A DNA stretch of 64,000 bases, taken from contig JAUSEG010000011.1 of assembly GCA_030650415.1 (NCBI GenBank), positions 1,687 through 65,686 of the forward strand, given 5' to 3'. The notes below the pieces were generated by a model. That model worked only from the letters and a program-made list of their open reading frames with translations. It had not been told where the DNA came from and did no database searches. Made by a program: the position numbers and the translations under genes. This document shows, in pieces, positions 18,633 to 27,722 of the stretch (positions are counted from its first letter, which is position 1; the number at the start of each line of letters is the position of its first letter). Source of the DNA: a bacterium. Its GTDB lineage: Bacteria > Patescibacteriota > Patescibacteriia > Patescibacteriales > GWC2-42-12.

Positions 18633-20185
18633 ATAATTCCTTTTCTGGCTTTAGGCGTTACCCAAAAACCCATATACTTTCCTAACATCATTCTGGTCTG
18701 CGCTTCCAGCCCCGGGATAGCGCCAAAAATTATAATGCTGATAGGTAAAATCAGCCATTGCAGTACCATGATAATGCTTTTTATAAAACTGTATTGGCTG
18801 GGGCGCTTAGGCAGGAGTATGGTTGAAATAATCGCTGAAAAAATCATGCCGACCATGGCGACAATCATCAAAGTCCGAGAGACCGCCGGCAAGTTGCTTG
18901 ATAAAACCGTAACATTAAAATTATTCCCGCCCAAAATCATCGGCAGCCAGCCGACGATGCCGATTATTAAAGAATTTGTCGCCCAAGAATGAAAACCGTA
19001 AAATTGAACTAAAATTTTATTTATCATCTTGCCAATCGGCAGGGTTTTTCTTTCCTTGATGGTATTAAACATTAAATACGGCAAATTTTCCACTCCCCAG
19101 CCCCAGCGTCTCTGCTGTTTGTATAGATTTTTTATGGTTTGCCAGACGGTTAAATCCATGCAAACGTCCATGGAAACCGGAAAATATAGCGGTTCAACCC
19201 GATAGTCTCCCCGATAGTAGCAATAACAATGCCAGAAAATGCGCGAATCCTCGCTCACCATATTGGTGGACCAAAAATCAATATCCAGAAGCGCCCGCCA
19301 AGTCATTGAATGCGAAGAATAGGTCGCCAACTTTTCCTGCCTGATCTGCTGCATCATCTGCCAAAAAGTATTTGAAGAAGCGGCTACTCGCGAAAAAAAC
19401 GGCGCTTGCCAAATATTATTGTGATAGATGGGAATCGGCTGATAGCTTGCCCGATAAGGATTCTTAACCGTTAAAAACTTATGAGTCAAACAGAAAAAAT
19501 ATCCGGAGATTACCACCGTATCCATGTCAAAAACGCTGATTAAAATTTTATCGTAATTATAATTAAACTTATCAATAATTTGAATTTTCACCTGCTTCGC
19601 CGCCCAAGTTTGATTTGCCCCCTTGCCTTTTAGCTCGCCGGCAAGATTATCCGGATGAACGGTAACTAAAAAATGTTTGAATTTAAAACCAAATTCCCGC
19701 TCAATCACTCTGGCTCTGGCCTTGGCTTCGGCTCCGGCCCGCTCTTCAATGGCTAAAACCACAATCATTTTATCTGCCGGATAGCCGTCCCTTATTAATC
19801 CCTCAAAACTTGGCCTGATTACTTCCAGGCTTTCATCGTAGGTTGGAAAAATAACCAGCTGAACAACTTCCGACCAATTTAAATTACTCCCAACGTTCAT
19901 CGGCAGTTTTTCGCATTTCTCGCGCCAATCAATTTTAACATTCTTCTTAATACCTATATAAGCGGCAAAAAGATGGATGCCTAAATAAATAACCAGGAGC
20001 AGCCAATAAACATCAAAACCAATAATAAAATATGCCGCCCAAACCGGCTTAAGCCAGGAAAATAAAACTAAAATAATCAGCGTAGCCCAAGAAAAACCAC
20101 CTGGTAAAATTTCCAACAAACGGTAAAGCCTTCTGTCTTTTTTTATAACCAGGTCGGAGGCTTTGCTGATTTTCAGGTAATTCAT
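18617..20185 (-). CDS. Membrane-embedded processive GT2 beta-glycosyltransferase (cellulose/chitin-synthase-like).
   Basis: QQRRWGWG (the Q(Q/R)xRW motif), D,D,D motifs, and multiple TM helices on both sides of the catalytic domain. Confidence 0.7.
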   Translation of the reverse strand: MNYLKISKASDLVIKKDRRLYRLLEILPGGFSWATLIILVLFSWLKPVWAAYFIIGFDVYWLLLVIYLGIHLFAAYIGIKKNVKIDWREKCEKLPMNVGSNLNWSEVVQLVIFPTYDESLEVIRPSFEGLIRDGYPADKMIVVLAIEERAGAEAKARARVIEREFGFKFKHFLVTVHPDNLAGELKGKGANQTWAAKQVKIQIIDKFNYNYDKILISVFDMDTVVISGYFFCLTHKFLTVKNPYRASYQPIPIYHNNIWQAPFFSRVAASSNTFWQMMQQIRQEKLATYSSHSMTWRALLDIDFWSTNMVSEDSRIFWHCYCYYRGDYRVEPLYFPVSMDVCMDLTVWQTIKNLYKQQRRWGWGVENLPYLMFNTIKERKTLPIGKMINKILVQFYGFHSWATNSLIIGIVGWLPMILGGNNFNVTVLSSNLPAVSRTLMIVAMVGMIFSAIISTILLPKRPSQYSFIKSIIMVLQWLILPISIIIFGAIPGLEAQTRMMLGKYMGFWVTPKARKGIMNNES

Positions 20186-20188
20186 AAA

Positions 20189-20947
20189 TTAACGATTTAA
20201 GCCGCCAACCAATTTTTTATTCCATCTGTGCTTAAAAACAGAATAAATATATCTCTTCATCTGGAAATTGAATAGGCACCAAAACAACTGATGAATTTTT
20301 TTAGGCCTGGTGACATTAGTAAAAGAACCGCGCTTAATCGCGGCAAAAATACTGGCCGCGTCAAAACTATCAGCCTCGATCAAAGCATAATCAGTATTAA
20401 AATATTTTAGAAAATGAGCATCCGAGGTAGCTACCAGGGGCTTATTGAATTTATCGGTAATTTTTCGAGTCTTTCTGTTGGAATTTAATAATCGCCGGGA
20501 ATAACACCAGCAGTGCTCCACGCTATCGAACAAATCTATATTTTTAACTAACTTTTTCTTGCCCATGGAGAAAAGACGAGTAGCTAGGGGGTGCGGCGCT
20601 AAAACAAAAATTTCCGGATGTTTTTCCTTGTACTCCGCTAATTTCTTAAAACTGTTTATTTTTTCAACCGCCGCGGCTTCTTGCGGATCAATGTTAAGAA
20701 TAATCAAGTCATTACGCTTAATTTTTCTCATCTGAAGTTCAACGCCCAAGAGCAAGATGATTCCCTTGCCGGCGGCATATTTAACATAATCATCTTTATA
20801 GATAACTTTTTTATGGCAAGTCAAGCCTAAAAGCTTAAAACCCAATTGCTCGGCCCAATCTATAAGCTCATAGACATTATATTTTATAAGATGCCCCTCA
20901 AGTTTATCCTCAATTGTATGAATATGCAGACTGGCTTTTACTATCAT
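20189..20947 (-). CDS. PHP-domain phosphoesterase (CpsB/YwqE-like).
   Basis: N-terminal LHIHT (HxH), APHP and C-terminal SDAH motifs. Confidence 0.5.
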   Translation of the reverse strand: MIVKASLHIHTIEDKLEGHLIKYNVYELIDWAEQLGFKLLGLTCHKKVIYKDDYVKYAAGKGIILLLGVELQMRKIKRNDLIILNIDPQEAAAVEKINSFKKLAEYKEKHPEIFVLAPHPLATRLFSMGKKKLVKNIDLFDSVEHCWCYSRRLLNSNRKTRKITDKFNKPLVATSDAHFLKYFNTDYALIEADSFDAASIFAAIKRGSFTNVTRPKKIHQLFWCLFNFQMKRYIYSVFKHRWNKKLVGGLNR

Positions 20948-21001
20948 AAATTAAACCAAAGTTAAATTTCCGGTAATTTAAAAACTCTGCTCGCCTCTTA
21001 A

Positions 21002-22792
21002 TTATGCCGCCCCGCCTGTCATGTCAGATCCCATGGCTTTATTTTGCCTGACCGAGGTTTTTTCGCTGATCCCGCGTTCTTCCGGCCTGCCTGCCCGATA
21101 GTTAGACTCTGCCTCCGAATATTTATTTTGATTTGAATAATCCGGCCTCGCTAGAGAAGCGGACTGGCCTATTTTAGACAATTCTTTTTCCTTAGCTTCC
21201 AGCCGTGATTTTACCTCTTGCTTCTTTTCGTTTTTCACGGCAATCAAACAATCCTTGCAAAAAATCGGCCTTATCCCATCCGGTATAAAGGATATTCGCG
21301 TTGTCTTAGCGCAACGGCTGCAGACGGCATCGTGCTTGCTGCTTTCCGATTGAATATCGGCTTTCGATCTGGATTTATCCAGACTTTCGTTATTTATGGC
21401 AGACGCCGGATTTCTCGGAATTTCTTTTTTTCTTTCAGCCGCCGGCCTGGCTGAAGTTTCTCTGTCCCTGGCTGGTCTTTTCTCCGACTCTCTTTCTCCG
21501 CCGTCGCTTTCGTCGTTATTCGTGTGCCAGCGGATAATTTTATCTTCAACGGACGTTCTCGGCTTAGAATATCTTTCTCGCGAAACTTTTATAACTTTTT
21601 CTTTATTGTTGGTTTTCTCCGCCTCGCTAAAAGGCGGCAAACCTCTAGCCGAAAAAGGATCGGAGGAAACTCCGTCAATCATTAATTTTATGTAAAATTC
21701 ATATTTAGTCAAATTTACTAAGTCTTCCTCTAAAAATACCGGGGTAAATTCTTTAACTAGCTCTTCGGCGTCAGTCGCGCCGACTCGAAAAACAATTAAC
21801 GTGCCGACGTTGCCGAAAACCGCCGGCTTAACGATTTCGCCGAGCTGCTCGATATATTGATGAGCCATAACTAGATTCAGCCGATATTTTCTGGCCTCGG
21901 ATAAGATATTGGCAAAACTGTCGGTCGTAAAATTTTGAAATTCATCAATATAAAGATAAAAATCTTGGCGATCTCTTTCCAATATATCAACCCGGCTCAT
22001 AACCGCCAGCTGCACCTTAGTAATCATCATGGCGCCTAAGAGCGCCGAATTATCTTCGCCGATTCTGCCCTTGCTTAAATTCATAATCAAAATTTTTCCG
22101 CTATCCATGACTTCCCTTAAATCGATGGTTGATTTAACCTGGCCGACGATATTTCTGATTAAAGAGCTTGATAAAAACTGCCCGACTTTATTTTGAATCG
22201 GCGAGACCGCTTCGGAAGCGAAATTATTGGCATAGCCGGCGAATTCGTTGACCCAAAAAGATTTAACCACCGGATCCTGAATTTTTTCAATAACTTTTTT
22301 TCTAAAATTCTTATCAGAGAGCATTCTGGTAATCGCCAGGAGCGTTGAGTCAGGATAATCCAAAATCGCCAAAATGGCATTCCTTAAAATATACTCGAGC
22401 CGAGGCCCCCAGGAATCGGCCCAGAGTTTTTTAAAAACTCCGATTAAGCCGGAAGCAACCAAGTGCCTTAAGTGCGGCTCAACCTTTTCGACCACGTTAA
22501 AGGCGATCGGGTAGTCCATATCGGCCGGATTGAAATAAATTACATCATTAACCCGGTTAGCCGGTATATAATCAATAACTTTTTCGGCTAAATCGCCATG
22601 CGGATCAACCACCATCACGCCTTTTCCAGATCTAATATCGTCAATAATCATATTTTCTAAAACCGTGGACTTACCCATGCCGGTTTTTCCAACCAAGTAC
22701 ATATGCCGGCGGCGATCGTCGATTTTAATGCCGAACTTTCTATGTTCGTTGCGGAAGTTGGTTTCGGCGAAAACTGTAATTTGATCTGACAT
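21002..22792 (-). CDS. VirD4/TraG/TrwB-like P-loop ATPase (type IV coupling-protein family) with a disordered, charged C-terminal tail and a CxxC...CxxC zinc ribbon.
   Basis: Walker A YLVGKTGMGKST; Walker B LYIDEFQNF; a TraD/TraG-like C-region AHQYIEQLGEIVKPAVFGNVGTLIVFRVGATDAEEL; a C-terminal CSRCAKTTRISFIPDGIRPIFCKDC. No TM segments in this ORF. Confidence 0.55.
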   Translation of the reverse strand: MSDQITVFAETNFRNEHRKFGIKIDDRRRHMYLVGKTGMGKSTVLENMIIDDIRSGKGVMVVDPHGDLAEKVIDYIPANRVNDVIYFNPADMDYPIAFNVVEKVEPHLRHLVASGLIGVFKKLWADSWGPRLEYILRNAILAILDYPDSTLLAITRMLSDKNFRKKVIEKIQDPVVKSFWVNEFAGYANNFASEAVSPIQNKVGQFLSSSLIRNIVGQVKSTIDLREVMDSGKILIMNLSKGRIGEDNSALLGAMMITKVQLAVMSRVDILERDRQDFYLYIDEFQNFTTDSFANILSEARKYRLNLVMAHQYIEQLGEIVKPAVFGNVGTLIVFRVGATDAEELVKEFTPVFLEEDLVNLTKYEFYIKLMIDGVSSDPFSARGLPPFSEAEKTNNKEKVIKVSRERYSKPRTSVEDKIIRWHTNNDESDGGERESEKRPARDRETSARPAAERKKEIPRNPASAINNESLDKSRSKADIQSESSKHDAVCSRCAKTTRISFIPDGIRPIFCKDCLIAVKNEKKQEVKSRLEAKEKELSKIGQSASLARPDYSNQNKYSEAESNYRAGRPEERGISEKTSVRQNKAMGSDMTGGAA

Positions 22793-22794
22793 AA

Positions 22795-22897
22795 TAAATG
22801 CAAATGAATTATGAATAATGAATTATGAATAATGGAATTTTACTGATTAATTTTTGCGTTTTCCATAATTCATAATTCATTATTCCTAATTCATCTA
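22795..22897. repeat. MITE-like inverted repeat, family C2 copy.
   Basis: gaattatgaataatgaattatgaataatgg...ttttccataattcataattcattattcctaattc. Confidence 0.75.
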
Positions 22898-24361
22898 TTA
22901 TACCACCGGTAAATTGCTTGGCGGTTCGGCTTTAATTATAATCTGGGGTTTTATGTCGCCCCCGCCGCTATCCAGATTAAATATATCCGATCCGGAACCG
23001 CCTCCGGCCAGCTCTTCAACCGCCCGATCTCTGATTACCGGCAAACTGGACGGCGGTTCGGCTTTTCTGCCCGGCGCTTTCTGAATCGAAGGCGATTTAA
23101 CCGAAGCCTCAACCGGAAAGTGCCAAATTGTGGCCAGCTCTTCGGTATTAAGTATATGCGGCATGCGCCCTCTAATATCGCTCCGATATTTATAAGCGAT
23201 CATTAATTTCATTTTCCTGGCATTAAGGCGGGATTTGCCGAAAATCATATTATACTTCAGCTTGGTTATGGTGCCGTAGTCGCCAACGTCCGGTTTATAT
23301 GAATTTAAATCATTAAAATTAAATTGCTTCATGTAGCCGGTAAAACCATAACTGACTTTATTTTTATTAATTACTTCTTTCCTGGCCACATAAGCATATC
23401 TGATTTTTACTTCAAAACCTAATTTACCGACCTTCTCCTGAATTTCCTCTATCTGCCTTTTCTGCTTTGGCTTTAAATTCATCATCTTAAATTGTTCCTC
23501 TTTTTTTTCCGGTTTTTTATCGTCTTCGATGTCTGACCAGAGAGGATAGATTATCTCACTTATAAAAGTCATCGATTTCACCAGGCTATCTGAAAGTTTA
23601 TCAACTAAATTGTTCCTGCTGGTTTTTTCGCCGATGATCCTTTTTATTTCCTCGTCGCCTTCTTCCGCCCAGTCCTGGCCGATCGGTATTACCAGTATCT
23701 GATACCATAATTGCTCGCCCTTCTTTAAACTGCCCATTAAATCCATCAGCGCGGCCATCGGATCTTTAAACTGGGTTTCCGGCTCGCCCATAGTATGTTC
23801 AAAGTGCTCATAAGTCTTAATCGGATAAACCGAATTTTCAATCAACTTAAATTCCCCGCCGAAAACATCATATTGATCATCAGGATACTTTGTCGGAAAA
23901 CCCTCGGTATAATCATTAACTTCGGTAATCTCCGCGTCAGGATATTGCGAATAAATCGCGGCGTCAACCAAATAACGGTATTTTTCCGGCGCCCAGATTA
24001 AAAATTGAATATAGCCGTCAATGCTGACGATCTCAAAGCTGAAATATAATTGCCACTCTCCCTTCCACCATTTTTCATAAAGATCCTGAGTGCTATGGGC
24101 GCCGGCCAGATAGGCAAAAATATTTTCCACGGCCCTGGGCGTTTGAGCGTTGCCTCGGGGAATATCAATCGCCAATAAAATGGTTTTTTGTTTCGCGCCA
24201 AAAGCCAGTCTTATATATCTAAGCCAGACCTGAGTGGTCCCCCAAACGAAGGCAATAGCCAGCGGAATCCAGCCTACATAGAGAAGCACATATAACAACA
24301 GCTGATCCGAGGGCAAACTTAAAAAATTTAAAATTGGCTGTAAATCTATGACTATATTCAT
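22898..24361 (-). CDS. Membrane-anchored hypothetical protein (two N-terminal TM helices and a ~430 aa soluble domain with a Lys/Glu-rich segment). Likely partner of the downstream VirD4-like ATPase.
   Basis: LLLYVLLYVGWIPLAIAFVWGTTQVWL TM region. The gene is separated from the ATPase by one repeat only, on the same strand. Confidence 0.45.
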   Translation of the reverse strand: MNIVIDLQPILNFLSLPSDQLLLYVLLYVGWIPLAIAFVWGTTQVWLRYIRLAFGAKQKTILLAIDIPRGNAQTPRAVENIFAYLAGAHSTQDLYEKWWKGEWQLYFSFEIVSIDGYIQFLIWAPEKYRYLVDAAIYSQYPDAEITEVNDYTEGFPTKYPDDQYDVFGGEFKLIENSVYPIKTYEHFEHTMGEPETQFKDPMAALMDLMGSLKKGEQLWYQILVIPIGQDWAEEGDEEIKRIIGEKTSRNNLVDKLSDSLVKSMTFISEIIYPLWSDIEDDKKPEKKEEQFKMMNLKPKQKRQIEEIQEKVGKLGFEVKIRYAYVARKEVINKNKVSYGFTGYMKQFNFNDLNSYKPDVGDYGTITKLKYNMIFGKSRLNARKMKLMIAYKYRSDIRGRMPHILNTEELATIWHFPVEASVKSPSIQKAPGRKAEPPSSLPVIRDRAVEELAGGGSGSDIFNLDSGGGDIKPQIIIKAEPPSNLPVV

Positions 24362-24409
24362 GAGGATCTATTAATCAATTAGTTACTGCTATTTTACCAT
24401 ATTTCGCCA

Positions 24410-24445
24410 AATAAAAAAACACCCCGCAAAATGCGGGGCGTATTT
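24410..24445 (-). terminator. Rho-independent terminator downstream of the sigma-like gene.
   Basis: On the minus strand, ccccgcattttgcgggg is followed by tgttttttta. Confidence 0.55.
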
Positions 24446-24482
24446 TTATGAGATATCGTCAAGTTCTTAAATTTGGCTTAAA

Positions 24483-25709
24483 TTACTTTTCGGTTAGAGC
24501 TCTATCTTTAATTGCATATTTGCCGTCTGAAGCCGGCTCAAATTTATCCCGATTCATCAAAGCCAAGTTAATCGTCGCCTTCTTAACCATTCTTTGCCCC
24601 AAAACTTTATTAATAATTTCTTCGCGGTTTAGCGGGCGATCGGCTTCTATCATGACTTTTTCAATTACTTCGGTGACCGTGCCTTTCTCATAGCCCCATT
24701 CCTTTAAGCCGTAAAGGCCGCGTCCGACTAAAATATATTTATCGTCTAAAATCAATTCATTATGAACCGTAGCCGCGTTGGCCTGCTTTTTATCAAAACC
24801 GATTTGATTGATTCTATCGGCAATCTCGGCGAAATGCATGGGCTTGCTGTTATTTTTTAGAATTAAATAAATTTTATCATTAATAGTCTTGGGCTTAATC
24901 TCGCGCGATTCATCAATGCCCCAATGGCCGAATTTATTCTGTTCAATTTTCTTAGCGGCTTGAAGAACCGAATAAAGCGCTTTGTTTTGATTAATGAAGT
25001 CGGCCGGCTCCTTGAATAAATTGCTGACTAAGACACCGGAAATATCAAGATTATTGGTTTGCTTGAATTTATCTTCGCTGGCCTTATAAGCGCTAAGCTC
25101 TTTTGATAAGTTAATCAGATCTTCGGTCATGAAGATTTTTTTAGCTTCTCTGACTTTAGCTAAAAGTTCAACAGTCAAATTTTCCAGATGCTCAAGCGAC
25201 TGATATTTCAATTTTAAAGATTCTTTAAAAACTGCCGAATCATTGATTTCCTCGAATTCACTATGCAATAACCGGGAAATTAAAAAGTCAAAATGGCGCT
25301 TATGCTTTATCTCATTTTCTTCTTTTTTGCCGGCGCCAATGGAAAAGTTAACTAAATTATTAAATAAGTATTCCTTTTCCATAAATCCGCCATGTTCTTC
25401 CAGTAAATGGATAATAACATTTTTCAAACCGGACAAATAGCTATCCAAATTTTCCAGCTGTTTCAGCCGTTTGATGCTTGAAGTTTCGATTTGCCTGATC
25501 CTTTCCCTGGTTAAACTATGGATCTTGCCGATTTCCTCCAAAGTTTCCTTATCATCGCCATGCAAGCCGAAGCGCCTGACTAAAATATCGCGCTCTCTTT
25601 CGTTGAGTTCGCTGAATAAACCATTGATAATTTCAATCGCGTCAAGCATGGCCACTTCTTCGGCTTGGTGATTATTGATTATTTGGTCTAAGATGGATTT
25701 ATTTTCCAT
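24483..25709 (-). CDS. Sigma-70 region-4 (HTH) domain protein with a C-terminal HARE-HTH domain. Putative RNAP-associated regulator.
   Basis: The N-terminus ERDILVRRFGLHGDDKETLEEIGKIHSLTRERIRQIETSSIKRL is sigma70 region 4. The C-terminus MHFAEIADRINQIGFDKKQANAATVHNELILDDKYILVGRGLYGLKEW is a HARE-HTH (RpoE-delta-like) domain. No region 2 is recognisable. Confidence 0.55.
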   Translation of the reverse strand: MENKSILDQIINNHQAEEVAMLDAIEIINGLFSELNERERDILVRRFGLHGDDKETLEEIGKIHSLTRERIRQIETSSIKRLKQLENLDSYLSGLKNVIIHLLEEHGGFMEKEYLFNNLVNFSIGAGKKEENEIKHKRHFDFLISRLLHSEFEEINDSAVFKESLKLKYQSLEHLENLTVELLAKVREAKKIFMTEDLINLSKELSAYKASEDKFKQTNNLDISGVLVSNLFKEPADFINQNKALYSVLQAAKKIEQNKFGHWGIDESREIKPKTINDKIYLILKNNSKPMHFAEIADRINQIGFDKKQANAATVHNELILDDKYILVGRGLYGLKEWGYEKGTVTEVIEKVMIEADRPLNREEIINKVLGQRMVKKATINLALMNRDKFEPASDGKYAIKDRALTEK

Positions 25710-26219
25710 AATTCGGTGAACTCATTACAAGTCTTAATATTTTATTATTCACTAAAACAAAATTTCTTTTCTACGATTCTCGCCCCGAGCTTGTCGAGGG
25801 GTAGAATTTCTATAAATTGCCGGGGGAAAATTATATTAAACAAGATAAATTAACTTCTGTCTATATTTAATTAATATTGCTTTACGCGGTCAATTTTTAC
25901 TCTGATTTATTTTATGAAAACATATTAACATATTTTTTTTTATAAGTCAAGGGGTATTATAATAATATCTATAATTAGCCATATATATTAAACAATCTTA
26001 ATTTCTAAATAAATTTGCAGCCATAAAAAATCTTAAAATAATTATCTAATATTAACACTAATTTTTATATAGGTTGACATTTATACTGACTTATGATACG
26101 GTATTTTATCGTTCATTAAAAAATTTATGTCTGTGAAACTGCCACTAGACGACTATAAGTAGCCGCCTGATTGCAGTTTCGCAGTATAAACAAACCAAAA
26201 ACAAAAAACAAGTAAAACT

Positions 26220-26426
26220 ATGAGAAAATCATTCCTTTGGCTCTTCGGCTGCATCGCTGGGCTTATCCTCGCAATCGTGCTGTCGTTCAAAGCCAGCACC
26301 ATCAAAATCGTGCCGGTGCAAATTACCAACTCGCAAACCGAGACATCGGTAACTCTGGCGCCTGTCGCGCCGGAGTCCAATCGGGTGACGGTTAACTTCA
26401 GCGGTGTCCAACCGGTCATCAAGTAA
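26220..26426 (+). CDS. Small (68 aa) signal-peptide/TM protein in the GC-rich island.
   Basis: MRKSFLWLFGCIAGLILAIVLS hydrophobic N-terminus. GC-rich codons and an A/C-rich SD-less leader. Confidence 0.4.
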   Translation: MRKSFLWLFGCIAGLILAIVLSFKASTIKIVPVQITNSQTETSVTLAPVAPESNRVTVNFSGVQPVIK

Positions 26427-26463
26427 TGTCGGTCAACAAAAACAAAAAAACAGCAGAAACAAA

Positions 26464-27636
26464 ATGAAAAAAACAATGTCGGTAATAGCACTGGCGCTTC
26501 TCGCAGCCAGTGTAATGTTCGCTCAAGACCTTCCACCCGTCTCCGGTGGCGACAATTCAGGCGGAGGCGGATCGGGCGGTGGCGGTGGAAGCTCTGTGCC
26601 GCCAACCTTCACGGGGCCTGACAAGGTGCCGTTGGCTTCGCCAAAGGTGCTACAGGCCTACGCCCTGACCCTGGTCGGAACGATAGGAGTGCAAGTGTAC
26701 GGAAATTCGGTCTCCGGCGACAGTTATCGCTGGGTGGACTACCCGTACGAGGATGCCGACCCCGATCGCATGGCCAGCATAGCCAGTTCGATCGAGCTGA
26801 AATTCAGCGCAACCACGGATGATCAACTGACTTCATGGGTGTCGTATAACAGTCGAATGTTCACCCTGACAGACCCGGATGAAAATGAAGTCACAACCGC
26901 ATTTGGCTTGTTCAACGGAGGCAAAAACTTCAAGCTTGAATACTTCAAAGATGCGTGGCGGGTGCCTACCAACGCCTACGCTGTTGAACTTGAGGTTGGC
27001 CAAGTTCCTTGGGTAGTCCCTGGGATGAGAAATGCCTACATCACGACTCGAGATGAAAAAGGCAACTACACCGGATACTACGATTTCCGGCAACAGCAGG
27101 GCGACTACTGGCTGGATCGCGGGGTTATATTCCTTACCGAGCAACTGACCTCTCGCCGCGGAGACCTAACCACGATTTTGGAAAACGGTTCCAAGGTCGT
27201 CTATGACATCACAAGCGGTTGGCGAAAATACTCGCCGACGATCAAGGGTAGCGGCTTCAAGCCGACGATCAAAGGGATTCGGACCGTGCCTGACAATACG
27301 ATTGATATTGTTTATCGGGAAACAGACGAAATCGTCAGAGTCGCCTACACTGGGGATTATCACGGCTCAAACACGTTTCAAAATGTGTTTGTGGAATTCC
27401 CTGGAGAACTGAAGCGGTATCCGGCCAAAGTTTTTGTCATCGACACGAGACTCTTGGCGTTAAACCCTGACGCCGAATGGCTGGAATTCAATCCGTATGT
27501 TGAGCCGGTATGGTTCAGGATGAAAGTCGGCCAAGCCGTGCTCATCCGCTTCGAGTACCAAATCGATCCGGAGCCGCTGGACAATGGTGGCGGCGGTAAG
27601 GGCGCCAAAGTCGCGCCAGTCAAGCTTGAGGAGTAA
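26464..27636 (+). CDS. Secreted hypothetical protein (signal peptide, Gly/Ser linker, ~330 aa domain of unknown function). The start was set at MKKTMSV.
   Basis: MKKTMSVIALALLAASVMFAQD signal peptide, a GGGGSGGGGGSS linker, GC ~55% against ~37% for the flanks, and a terminator at 27669-27706. Confidence 0.55.
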   Translation: MKKTMSVIALALLAASVMFAQDLPPVSGGDNSGGGGSGGGGGSSVPPTFTGPDKVPLASPKVLQAYALTLVGTIGVQVYGNSVSGDSYRWVDYPYEDADPDRMASIASSIELKFSATTDDQLTSWVSYNSRMFTLTDPDENEVTTAFGLFNGGKNFKLEYFKDAWRVPTNAYAVELEVGQVPWVVPGMRNAYITTRDEKGNYTGYYDFRQQQGDYWLDRGVIFLTEQLTSRRGDLTTILENGSKVVYDITSGWRKYSPTIKGSGFKPTIKGIRTVPDNTIDIVYRETDEIVRVAYTGDYHGSNTFQNVFVEFPGELKRYPAKVFVIDTRLLALNPDAEWLEFNPYVEPVWFRMKVGQAVLIRFEYQIDPEPLDNGGGGKGAKVAPVKLEE

Positions 27637-27668
27637 CCCCAAGCAAATTTTGCACCTTCAAAAACAAC

Positions 27669-27706
27669 AGCGCCAGCTTCACCTCGAAGCCGGCGCTCTT
27701 TTTTTA
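27669..27706 (+). terminator. Rho-independent terminator of the island transcript.
   Basis: agcgccagcttc-acctc-gaagccggcgct followed by ctttttttt. Confidence 0.6.
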
Positions 27707-27722
27707 CTTAAAATTTTCCTTC

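Noticed and set aside
18564-18992. 142-aa plus-strand ORF starting in the family C2 repeat
   Set aside because: It begins inside the MITE-like element and runs antisense to the C-terminal TM region of the processive glycosyltransferase. The hydrophobic 'protein' mirrors the TM helices on the opposite strand.
26153-26605. 150-aa minus-strand ORF overlapping the GC-rich island genes
   Set aside because: It is an antisense shadow ORF in a GC-rich segment, which produces long open frames by chance. Its Arg/Cys-rich sequence is low-complexity and there is no upstream signal. The plus-strand genes have signal peptides and a terminator.
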